DNA of 64,000 nt. It comes from Anaeramoeba ignava BMAN. Lineage: Eukaryota; Protista; Anaeramoebae. The stretch spans positions 186,001-250,000 of the forward strand of contig JAPDFW010000080.1 of NCBI GenBank assembly GCA_028826165.1, given 5' to 3'. Positions within the stretch are counted from its first letter, which is position 1. The number at the start of each line of letters is the position of its first letter. A program made the translations under genes and the position numbers. The notes under the pieces are model-generated. The model saw only the letters and a list, made by a program, of their open reading frames with translations, did no database searches and was not told the origin of the DNA. Below, in pieces: positions 47,383-59,458 of the stretch.

Positions 47383-50300
47383 TCAATTTTTCTTTTGGAT
47401 TTCATTTAAAAATTTCAAAATATCTCCATTTTTACAATCAAAATTCATAAATTTTTCAACTATTGATTTTTGTTTTTCTTGTTGATAAAAATTTTCTTCA
47501 GGATTTAAAGGAAGAATTTCACCATTAGAATGAATTATTTTTGCAATTTCAATACTTCTTTGAATTAATCTATCAGGAAATCCTGCCATTTTTGCAATAT
47601 ATGTACCATAACTAGTTAAAGAACGACCTGGTTTTGTTCTAAAAAAAAAATCAAATAATCAACAAAAAAATATTTAATCCCAAAAAAAAAATTCAAATTC
47701 TTACCGATAAACAAACACAATATTTTCTGGTATTTTGCTTTTTTCAATCTCTGATTTTTCATTCCTCATTTGAAAATTTGAATCTTGGATGATTACTTCC
47801 ATACAAAAAAATGAAATTCCTTTTTCAGGTAATAATTTCATTTCAAAAAGTTCCATAAAATGAGTTGTAATGATTGATCTTGGGCATAATTTTTCTCTTC
47901 GAGTTAAATGATTGATCACAGAGGCAAGAAGAGCAATTCCTTCATTTGTATTTGTTCCTTTTCCAAATTCATCAATCAAAACAAGAGATTTTGAAGTTGA
48001 ATTAGCGAGCATTTGAGAAATTTGAGACAAATCAAGCATAAAAGAACTTTGATCAACAGATACGGATTCGTTACTGTTAATTCTGGTGAAAAATCTATCT
48101 ACTAATCCAATTTTTGCTGATTCTGCTGGAACAAAAGATCCAATATGCGCTAAGAAAATAATTAACCCAACTTGCTTGAGATATGTTGAATTATGACTTA
48201 CAAATCCGTTTGCAATGTATGAATGATCTTCATTTTTCATTGAGAGATCATAAACATTTATTTCTTTATCCAATTTCTTTATCATTTTAACTTGATCCAA
48301 AAATAGCTCAGGTTTTACCAAAAAAATATTTCGTTTTTCAAGGGTTGAAATCAAATTCGTAAATTTCCTCCAATTTCCAGAACAAAACTCAATTTGGCTA
48401 CATTTGTTGGGAAGATATTTCCTTTTTAAAATAATTCCTAAATTGAGAAATATGAGTTGAATTTGGTTTGATAATTTTAAGGAATTAATTTCTATTGAAA
48501 TGCGATCATTTTCAGTTGTAAATAGCAATTTCCTATTGATTTCTTCAATAAAAAACCCTTTTAGAAATGAAATAATAAGATGAGAAGGAGATTGGAGAAT
48601 AAAAGAAGGGATCATCCTCCTTTTTAATTTCCTTTTTTTCCGTTCCTTTTTTCCGTTTGCAAATAATTTCCTCATTTCTTCGTTCATTTCAAGGAAATTT
48701 TGAGTTGTTCTATTTTCCATTTCACAATAATATAAATGATGATCTTTCCAAAATTTCATTTTGATTTGATTTTCAGGAACCAATTTTGTGAAAAGAGCTG
48801 AAAATCTTGATAAGCATTCCTTTTTTTTGGTATTGAAAACTATTTTCTGATCCAACATAATTTGGCAGTTATTTGAGAGAAGAATTCCAAACAATTCTGC
48901 AAGATCTGTTGTTATTTTGAAAGAGGAATTTTCATTTTGTTTTGATTTAATCTGAATTCGATTATTCTTTCCCCAAATTTGAGAGTTATTCATTAAAACT
49001 ATCCAATCTCCTTTTCTAATGTCTGAAAACTTCTTCCAATGAAATAAAAATTTTGAGTAACAAAGAATTTTATGATCTTGCGTTCCTTGAATTTGGAATC
49101 CCTTTTTCGAAAATATTTTAATCGTGCTAGAGACATTTCTCTGGAAAAAAAAAAGAGGTTCATTTTGCCCAGTATAAGATTGAATTTGAATTTGAATTTG
49201 AATAGGAGAAAATTGATCCATTTTTGCTTGTTGAGGCTTGAGTTCCGATAATTCCAAAATTCCAAATTGTGAAAAAAGAAGAGTATCTCCAACTAAGCAT
49301 TTTCCAGAACTGTTTGGACCAGTGATTAATTGTATTAAACCTTGATCTCCAGAGATGGATGTGTCATTGGGAATAAATGAATCAGGAACACATAATTCTT
49401 GAAGAGGATGTCTTCCCTTTTGGATGTTTATCACAGGTTCTTGAGTTAATTGAGGTCTGGAAAAATTATTTTCGTGAGAAACAATAGAAAGTGAAATTAA
49501 ACAATCAAGTTCAGTTGAAATATCTGTAATCTCAATCAATATTTTGGAATTTAACAGAAGAAAGCTTTCCAAACTCCGAACAATAGAGGTTTCTAAATCA
49601 ATTATTTCTCCATAAATATCTCCAATGACTCGATCTAATTCTCTTGTTCGTGAACTTTTAAAGTAGCTGTTTTCTTCAGTGCTAAACTGAAATTCAAAAT
49701 GAGGAATTTGCAAATAATCAATAGTAGAGCTCTCTTTTGTGGGAGAAACACTTGTGAGAGTTTCTCCCTGTTTTGATACTGTTTGGAGGATTGTGGAAGA
49801 ATATGTCTGATAGTTCTCCTCTTGATTCGAAGAAATTGATGATTTTTCAGCGAAACTTGTTTTCATTTCTGAATCATTTGGATGACTTACTTGATCAGAA
49901 ACAAAACAAGATCTTGGAATTGCAACAAGATATCCAAGTTGAGGGAAATATACAATATGCAATTCCTGTATATTAAGTTGAGGAGGGATTGTAGCAATTT
50001 CTTGTGAACCAATCTCAGTGAGTAAATCTCCTAAACTTTCATAAATATCCTTTGCACGATCCAACTTTTCATTGATTCCTTTGCGAACAGCAACACGATC
50101 ATTCTTTTTAGATTCCACAAAATCAAGTGTGGAAGTGAGTTCTCGGAAGATTTGATCAGTTTTCTGATAAGGAAAGTTCGAAAGTTTTTGGAAAATTTTA
50201 AGATTTTGTGCTTTTTGTGATTTTTTCGTTGCTTTTCTTTTTTTACTTCTTCTTGATTCATTCGATTTCTTCTCTTCTTCATCTTCTTCAAAATTGGAAA

Positions 50301-51384
50301 AGGATTCAGAAGTGAAAGAAGGGGATTGACTTGATTGAGAAGAGAGATCCGAGTCCTCCATATTTAATCCAAAATGATGGAAAGATATCTGAAGAATTTG
50401 ACGAAAATGAAAAAGAGTTCGATAGAAGGCAACCCAATCTTTGGTTGTGTTTTGAGACAACCTCATTTTCTTTATCATTTCTCGAAGATCTTTGATATGT
50501 TTTATGGAAGGAACAAGTTTGTTAATAAGCTCCATTCCATCAAAGGATAAGAAATAATCAATAGAATTAAGACGATCTTGAAGAATTTGAAGATCTATTA
50601 TTGGATTCATCATCCAAGATTTGAGCAATCTTTTACTAGAAACTGAAGAAGTGCGATTCAGCAAACTGAAAAGTGATAAACCCTCCTTTGCATGACCAAT
50701 TCCTTGAAAACTTGGATGATTTTCTGTATTGAATATGGAAAGAGCCTTATAAGATGTCTGATCCATAAGCAGAATTCCATCTAAAGTGATCATTTGAAGA
50801 TCCAAAATGGGAAGATCTTCTTCATCATCATCAAGTTCAAAATCAATTCTATTTCTAATTAGAAAGAGGAGAAGTGCCCCGATAGCTTGAATCATTAACT
50901 TATTAGAAAAGTCAAGAAGAGAAGAAAGATATATTTTTTTCTTCAAATCAGATTTGGGTGCTGAAGCTAAATTAAGGTTTAAAATTCTTTTTTTTGCTGA
51001 TTGATAATCGAAATCTGCTTGTTTCATAAAAATAATTTTGGAATTTGTTTCATCAATTTCCTCTTCGTCTGCTCCTAAAAGTAAAGAAGGATTATTTTCA
51101 TTATTATTTTGATTATTTTCATTATTTTCATTATTTTCTTTATTTTCTTTTTTTGATTTCCATTTTCCTCGAAGAATTTGAATAAAATTTTCTTCTGCTC
51201 TTGAATTTGTGATGATTTTCCATGGATTTGTTTTGAAAAGAAGAAGTTTGAGAACTGAAAAATCTTCTTTGTTTTCTTGAGTTTCTAGACTCTTGATTAT
51301 TGATGTTCTTGAATTATAAAATGCTATTCCTAATTTTTTGGTTTGATAAATTGTAACAAAATAAATTTGATCAATTTCTTCCAT
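47383..51384 (-). CDS. MSH5: MutS homologue MSH5 precursor (~1311 aa including intein; ~941 aa mature); exons 51384-47705, 47638-47383
   Basis: MSH5-typical motifs KEGLSLFSLLNRT, VYFPQLGYL, GRHPLQELCV..FIPND, ITGPNSSGK/STYLKQVGLI.FLAHIGSFVPA, LVLIDEFGKGT, THF and SYG..IA.MAG. Confidence 0.9.
48190..49299 (-). mobile_element. Intein (370 aa) with degenerate LAGLIDADG homing-endonuclease domain inserted in the MSH5 Walker A motif
   Basis: Block A CLVGDT, block B GTQDHKIL, blocks F/G VYDLSM..DHSYIANGFVSHN, followed by +1 Ser. Removing it restores GPNSSGK-STYLKQ. Confidence 0.95.
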
Positions 51385-51562
51385 TTTTTTTTTAAACAAA
51401 AAAAGAAAATAAAAGTGAAAGATCTTGTTTTTGTTTTTTTTTTTGAAGTTTTTTTATAAATTTTGCCTGAAAAAAAAAAAAGATAAACTTGAAGGAAAAG
51501 AAAAAAAAAACAAATTGACATTGACAAATTTTTTTTTTCAATTCCAATCATTTTAATTGTTT

Positions 51563-54500
51563 TCAATAATTATCAGATTCAAAACTATCAAAATCAATTG
51601 ATTTTTCGTTTTCATTATCAGAATCAAAGCTATTAAAATTAATTGAGTCGTCATCACTATCTTTATCTTTATCTTTATCTTTATCTTTATCTTTATCATT
51701 ATCATTATTTTTATTTTTATTTTTATCTTTATCAGATTCATTATCAGATTCATTATTAGATTCATTATTAGATTCATTATTAGATTCATTATTAGATTCA
51801 TTATTAGATTCATTATCATTATCATTATCATTATCAGATTCAGAACTATCGAAATTAATTGATTTTTCTTTTTTATTATCTTTATCATTATCATTATCTT
51901 TATCTTTATCTTTATCTTTATTAGATTCATTATTAGATTCATTATTAGATTCATTATCAGATTCATTATTAGATTCATTATTAGATTCATTATTAGATTC
52001 ATTATTAGATTCATTATTAGATTCATTATTAGATTCATTATTAGATTCATTATTAGATTCATTATTAGATTCATTATTAGATTCATTATTAGATTCATTA
52101 TTAGATTCATTATTAGATTCATTATTAGATTCATTATCAGATTCATTATTAGATTCATTATTAGATTCAGATTCAGATTCATTATTAGATTCATTATCAT
52201 TATCATTATCATTATCATTATCATTATCATTATCATTATCAGATTCAGAACTATCGAAATTAATTGATTTTTCTTTTTTATTATCTTTATCATTATCATT
52301 ATCTTTATCTTTATCTTTATCTTTATCATTATCAGATTCATTATTAGATTCATTATTAGATTCATTATTAGATTCATTATTAGATTCATTATTAGATTCA
52401 TTATTAGATTCATTATTAGATTCATTACTAGATTCATTACTAGATTCATTATTAGATTCATTATTAGATTCAGAACTATCGAAATTAATTGATTTTTCTT
52501 TTTTATTATCTTTATCTTTATCTTTATCTTTATCTTTATCTTTATCATTATCATTATCTTTATCTTTATCTTTATCATTATCATTATCATTATCAGATTC
52601 AGAACTATCAAAATTAATTGATTTTTCTTTTTTATTATCTTTATCTTTATCTTTATCTTTATCTTTATCTTTATCTTTATCTTTATCTTTATCTTTATCT
52701 TTATTAGATTCATTATTAGATTCATTATCAGATTCATTATTAGATTCATTATTAGATTCATTATTAGATTCATTATTAGATTCATTATCATTATCATTAT
52801 CATTATCATTATCAGATTCAGAACTATCAAAATTAATTGATTTTTCTTTTTTTTTATCTTTATCTTTATCTTTATCTTTATCTTTATCTTTATCTTTATC
52901 ATTATCTTTATCTTTATCTTTATCTTTATCATTATCATTATCATTATCTTTATCTTTATCTTTATTTTTATCTTTATCTTTATCATTATCTTTATCTTTA
53001 TCAGATTCAGAACTATCAAAATTGATTGATTTTTCTTTTTTTTTATCTTTATCTTTATCTTTATCATTATCTTTATCTTTATCTTTATTTTTATCTTTAT
53101 CTTTATCTTTATCTTTATTTTTATCAGATTCAGATTCATTATCATTATCAGATTCAGAACTATCAAAATTAATTGATTTTTCTTTTTTATTATCTTTATC
53201 TTTATCTTTATCTTTATCTTTATCTTTATCTTTATCTTTATCTTTATCTTTATCTTTATCTTTATCTTTATCTTTATCTTTATCATTATCTTTATCATTA
53301 TTATTATCTTTATCTTTATCTTTATCATTATCTTTATCATTATCATTATCTTTATCTTTATCTTTATCATTATCATTATCATTATCATTATCAGATTCAG
53401 ATTCATTATCAGATTCAGAACTATCAAAATTAATTGATTTTTCTTTTTTATTATCTTTATCTTTATCTTTATCTTTATCTTTATCTTTATCTTTATCTTT
53501 ATCATTATCATTATCATTATCATTACCATTATCATTATCTTTATCTTTATCTTTATCTTTATCTTTATCTTTATCATTATCATTATCAGATTCAGAACTA
53601 TCAAAATTAATTGATTTTTCATCATCTTTATTTTTTTTGTTATCTTTCTTTTCATTATCTTTTAAACTAGAAAGATCAACTTCAATTTTAGTAAAATTTT
53701 CGATCGATTTCCGAAAAATTTCATTTGGTTTAAAAATTGTAACAGTTTCAACATATTGATTAATATCAAAAACTTCAAAAATCAAATTTAATCCAATAAA
53801 AATATAAAATTTTGTTTGTAAAAATTGTTCATTCCAATCTGTTGAGTGAACAATCGGTTTTTCAGGATTTCCAAGAATTTCACAAATTTCATTAAACTAA
53901 AAAGAAAGAAATGAATAAATAAATAAATGAAAGAAATGGTTTGCGATGAATACCTTCATTAAAGAATTGATTTTTAAGGAATTAATTTTAATTTCCCACT
54001 TATTTTGATGATATCTTTTCAAATAAAATGAATTTTTGTTTGATTAAACTACTTCTTGTTTGAAAAATAAATAAAATTAATTCAAAACTTACAAATTAAA
54101 GTTACTGTGAGTCAAAAAATTGGAATGAATAACAAATTTTTTAATCAAATGAGTCTCTTGATCAAATAATATGTCTAATCCTTTTTGGAAATAATTATAA
54201 AAATAATCATGAGAACTCATTTGAAATTCTTTTTCTTCTAAATTATCAAAAATAGAACCTGTAAAAAAAAAAAGAAGAAGAATAAGAATAAGAATAAGAA
54301 GAAGAATGAAAGAAATCAAACTTACTTTGTTTAAAAAGGATTTGATCAGGTGAACCTAAAGATAAAAGTGTGTCTTGAACAGAATCGCCAAAATTTAATT
54401 TAAATTGATTTAAAATGGAAATGGATTTTAAAGGCTAAAAAAGGAAAATAAAAAAGAGAATGAAAAGGGAAAAGAATTTTGAATTAATTTTTCTTGAGTT

Positions 54501-55201
54501 GATCATTTGGAAACCAATTTAATTTTTTACATCAATTTCAATTAAATTTCCATTTGAAGTTGAAAAGGGAAAAATTTCATTTGTTTCAACTTGGTGGATA
54601 AATAATTGAGAAACAAATAATTCTGATTTTTGCAAATGCTTGGTTTCAATCTTAACTTTATTTTTCTTTAATTTTTCAGGGATATTATAAACTAAAATAA
54701 GACCAGGTCTCCTTTAAAAATTTTTGCAAATAAAAAATAGCCGAATTTAAAAACGCGAAAAATATTTAAATTAAATCACTTTGGTTAATACTTGTGGAAA
54801 TAAATATTCCTCTCTTCATCAAATTGAATATCTCTAGATGGGCCAAACACCTGGAAAGTATGACTCATAGAGATAGAACCTGATTGTGAATTCGATAATA
54901 AAACATTTTTGTTATTTGTAAATTGAGTTGCAGTTAAAATCAATTTTTGGAAATGGAAAATATTTGCAAATATTAGAGTTTGATTAAAAGGATTGAAAAC
55001 TAATCTAATCCCAACTTCGTTCATAATTAATTCAATAGTTTTTTCAAATGGATTTAAAGGATCAAAAACAAAATCAACATTCCCAATTTGAAAATAATTT
55101 TCTTGAATAAATTTAATTGCATTTTGTAATTTCATTCCAATAAAAAAAGGGCCAATAGATTTTCCAGGTTTTAAGTTTAATTTTAATTTTAATTTTTGCA
55201 T
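51563..55201 (-). CDS. PHAF1: UPF0183/PHAF1 (C16orf70)-like protein with ~700-aa D/K/N/E/S repeat tail, multi-exon
   Basis: PGKSIGPFFIGM, FGDSVQDTLLSLGSPD, DYFYNYFQKGLDILFD..TH.IKKFVIHSNF..H..FN and LIFEV. Canonical GT-AG introns join the fragments. Confidence 0.78.
51650..53615 (-). repeat. Coding compound repeat: (DK)n, (DN)n and (NNES)n arrays punctuated by EKSINFDSSES
   Basis: Visible in the 740-aa ORF; 9 exact motif copies plus 2 degenerate C-terminal copies. Confidence 0.9.
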
Positions 55202-55359
55202 TTTATAAAAAAAGGAAAAAAAATGAAAAAAAAGGAAAAAAAATGAAAAATAAAAAATGAAAAATGAAAAATAAAAAGTGGAACAAAAATTGATAGAACA
55301 TTTTTTTGTTGTTTTCTTTTAATAAAATGAAATAAAATGGAATAAATCTTTTAGTTAAT

Positions 55360-58300
55360 TTAATAAATTTGGGATTCAAATTTATCAATTTGGAAATTTA
55401 ATAATTTGCTGTCATCTTCAAAATGTTTAATTTTTTCATTCATTTCTCGAATTTGATTAAGATTCATTTCCCAAAAAACTTGGCATTTACGAAGATCTCG
55501 ATTTTCTGATTCAATTTTTTGAAGAATTTCTTGTTTTTCTTGAGCTAAAGAAGTTAATTTTTCAAGAACATCGTTTATATCTTCAATAAAAATAGTTTCG
55601 CCTCTAATCAAAAAGGAGAAATTTTGATTGGAAGAGTCATTATAATCATCTTCAGATTTCATTAAGCTATGAGATCTAGTTAATTTCTTTTGGAGAACTT
55701 CAGATTTTGAAGAAGATAGAGAAGTTTTTCGAAATTTAAGAGTTTGGAAACTTTTTTGATGATTCAATAATTTTTTTGATATTTGATTTTCATTTTGATT
55801 TTGATTTTGATTTTGATTTTTTTGAGGTGATTTTTGTGTATTTCCTAAAATAACTGGATCTAAATATTGTTTTTGAAGATTTTCGAGAAATTGGAACCGC
55901 TCAATTTCTGATGCTAAATGATCCATTTTTTCCTGTTGTGTTTTTAATTTACGATTAAGATCTTGTGTTTCTTGATCTGTGAAAAGAATTTGTTGCATTT
56001 GATGTTCTTTTTTTCTAACTGAGAATTCTTGTTGAAGCTGGGAATATTTCTCTGAAATTTGAGAGAAAATGTTATCAATTTGCTTGATTTTTTGCTCTTC
56101 AGAAGAAATGGATCTTTTGAGTGATTCCATGATTTCAATATGAGAATTAAGTGTTTTTGAAACAGAATCATAATCTTTGTGCATTTTATCGATGGATATT
56201 TTTTGTTCTTCATATTTTTTGCGGAAAGTAGAAAGATCTTCATGAACAATTCTCATTTCCTTGCTTTTTTTTGTTTTCTTTTTGTGATGTTGAGCCTCGA
56301 CTTCTTCGACTAAAGCTATTTCTTGTTTTAAATCTTCGTTGAATTTAGTTCGAAGATCTTTGATATCCATTTCGATAATTGCGTTTATTTTTTGCATGTT
56401 TTGGATTCTCATCTGTTCTCTTTCAATCTCTTCTTTCTTTTGCTGAAGTATTTCATTTTGCAATGTGTCTTGTGCGCTTAATTTTGTGGCTACTTTTTGC
56501 AGTTTTTCCTGAATGTCTCGAAGATTCTCATTCTTTTGGAAAATAAACGTTGAAAGTTCGCTAATTTTGGTTGATTTCTTTTGGATTTCTTTTTCTTGTT
56601 TTTCTGCCTCATTTTCTTTATCTTTACGAAGTTCTTCGTATTTTTTCTTGAGTTCTTCAATGGAAAACGTGTTGTTTCCTGATTCTTTGCGGATGTTTTC
56701 TTTGATTTCGTTGATTTTTTGTTCCGAATTTTGGATTTGCGTATTTATCAACTCAAATTGTTCTTGGCGTTTTTGCTCCATTTTTTGGAATTTTTCGATT
56801 TGGGATAATCGGCTTTGAATTTGTGTGCTTTCTTTTTGGAGAGTATCGATATAATAATTTGCATTATCCGCAAAATGGTCTTCATCTTGAACATATTTGG
56901 TTAATGTATCAAATTCTTGTGTTGATTTTTTTAGTTCCATTTCAAGTTGTTCGATTTCTTCATCATATGTTTTGCTTTTTTCGGTTACTTCTTTCTCTTC
57001 TTTATTTAAGGCCAAAAACAATTCTTGAATTTTGGCTTTTTCATCGCGAGATTTCTGCTCCTCTTTTAATTTGAGTGCTAAAATTTCTTGCTTTTCTTTT
57101 TCTAGTTTCTGGGACTTTTCAAGAAGAGGCGTGATTTTGCTTTCCATTTTTTTTGTTTTATACACAATGTGCTCGTTTTTTAACCGCAATCTAGAAACAA
57201 TATCCTTTTTCTCAACATTTTCTGTATTTGGATTGCTGTTCAATTCCTTTTCAATATTTTGAATAGTGGATTGCAAAATTTTATTCTCCTCTTCGAGCTC
57301 ATTTTGCTCTTCTTTATATTTTGCTTGAATATTTCCAGAAAGCTCATGAAATTCCATTCTAATATTCTCCAGTCGCGACGCTTTGAGGTGTTTTACCTCT
57401 AAAAATGTTTGCATTTTTTGCTGGTTTTCGTTTGTTTGATCTTCAAGTGATTTTAGCACATTTTCAAACTGAACTTTCAATGCTCCATTTTCATCAATTA
57501 AATCCTGTAAATATTCAATATTTTGAGCGTGAGAATCCTTTTTTGAAGAGTCTCGAGTTTTTTCTTTGTTTTCTTGTTTATGAACAAGAAAAGAATATTC
57601 CTTTTTTAATTTATCATGTTCTAATTGTGCTTGTTTTAGCTGATGATAAAGTGGTTCAATTTTCTCTCGAAATTCTGCATGTGCTTGTTCAGAAATTGCA
57701 GTGAATTTCCGGTTGACTTTTTTGGATGGATTCAAATAAACAGATGTGTTGATTGTTGTTTGATTTGAATTGGGAAGTGCTGTTACTCTTGAAAATCGTG
57801 AGACGTTTTGCTTAAGAAATTTAGAAAATGGTTCTATTTTTTCATTAAGTTGTTCAAGCTATTAAAATGAAAATTAACAATCAATTTTAAATTTTTTGTT
57901 GGGAATTTTGATTTTTGGAAAAAGATGTCAAACATCATTTTTATTAATTAATTTATGATAAGCTTCGGCTAAATAAACCATGCAAGAAATTTCTTCAATT
58001 CCATTTTGTAAAATATCTGATACATCAAGAACTGATGGAATACTATACAGTTCTCCAGCTTCAAATGCACGAACAAATCTTTCTTTTTTATCCATCTATA
58101 ATATATTTTTTTTATAAATATATTTAAATACAAATTAATCAATTAATTAATTAATTACAGATTCAAAAACTTTAGAAGGAAGTGTTCCGGGTTTTGCTGA
58201 ATCGATGATTGCGCAAAATGCTCTTCCATCAAAAAAGCTTATAATTAATTTAATTTAAATTTTGATTTAATTTGAATTTTAATTTAATTTAAATTTTAAT

Positions 58301-59307
58301 TTAAATTTTGATTTAATTTAATTTAATTTAATTTAATTTAAATTTTGATTTAATTTAAATTTTTTAAATTTTGATTTAATTTATATTTTAATTTATATTT
58401 AATTTAATTTATATTTATATTTTAATTTAATTTGAATTTTGATTTAATTTAAATTTTAATTTATATTTTAATTTAATTTAAATTTTAATTTATATTTTGA
58501 TTTAATTTAAATTTTAATTTAATTTATATTTTAATTTAATTTAAATTTTGATTTAATTTTGATTTAATTTATATTTTAAATATTTATATTTATTTGGATA
58601 AAAACCTATTAGAAAAATCAGTTATTTTAATATTATATTTTGATGTGACAACTTCACTCCATAATAATAAAATATCATTTGGTTCATATTCTCCATCTGG
58701 TATGTCTTCCAACCGAAAAAACATTATAAGTTGCCACATCATTTCTAATACATTAATTAATTTTTTGGCTACAACATCTTTTGGTGATATTGTAATTGGA
58801 ATTCCAATTCTTTTCGCAAATAAAATTGTAATTCGAATATTTTCATATTTTTCTTGTTTTGATTTTGGATTTATATTATATTTTTTTAAACTGAATTTTG
58901 TTGAATTTTGTTGAATTTTGTTGAATTTTTATTAACTTTTTGTTTCTTTTATATTTTTTACGTTTTTCCACTTAGTTTTTGAATTAATTGAATAAAAGCC
59001 CCATCTTCAAATGCTGTAAAAAGACTTTTAAAACGAATTTGTGTTGGTAAAGTTTTTTTAATCCAAATTTTAATTGTCTATTTAATTTAATTATAAATTA
59101 TTGAGTTTTTCTTTTTTTATATTTTTATTGTTTTTTTTTTTAAATTTTTTTTTTTACTTTTTTTAATAATTTCTTTTGTAAGTTTGCGGCTTTTTCTGCT
59201 TCTCTTTTAAACATAAATCCTCCTAAACTCAATGATCTCCTTTTATCTTGATTTATTGATTGTTGAAGTTGAATTGTTGTATTTGATTTTAGAGTTAAAT
59301 TAGCCAT
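55360..59307 (-). CDS. Tandem calponin-homology (actin-binding) domain + long coiled-coil protein, multi-exon
   Basis: Spliced 5' exons read TIKIWI..LFTAFEDGAFIQLIQKLS..YENIRI..MMWQLI..LLLWSE..ITDFSNSFFDGRAFCAII..AFEAGE..IPSVLDVSD (alpha-actinin/filamin-type CH1-CH2), then an 800-aa heptad region. Confidence 0.75.
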
Positions 59308-59458
59308 TTTTTTAAAAAGAAGAAAAAAAATAAAAATAAAAAAAAATGAAAAAAAATGATTTTTAAATTTTTATTCCTATTTCTTTCTTTTTTTTTTTTA
59401 ATAAGAAAATTTTTGAAATAATTGAAGAAAGAGAAAATTTTTAAATTTGAATTGTTTT

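Noticed and set aside
47052-47405. Apparent overlap of the MSH5 end with the ankyrin-DHHC ORF start at 47405
   Set aside because: A better start is MNENTNQ at 47321, preceded by an Inr-like motif, leaving a 61-bp gap and no overlap.
48190-49299. Insert in MSH5 as a spliceosomal or group I intron, or a Hedgehog-type Hint domain
   Set aside because: It is in frame, stop-free and has both C1 and the terminal HN/S+1 residues of a true intein.
51553-53759. Overlapping 700-aa IK/IM ORF and antisense SL/YL ORFs suggesting dual coding
   Set aside because: They are a by-product of stop-free 6/12-bp repeats; only the D/K/N/E/S frame is continuous with the UPF0183 domain.
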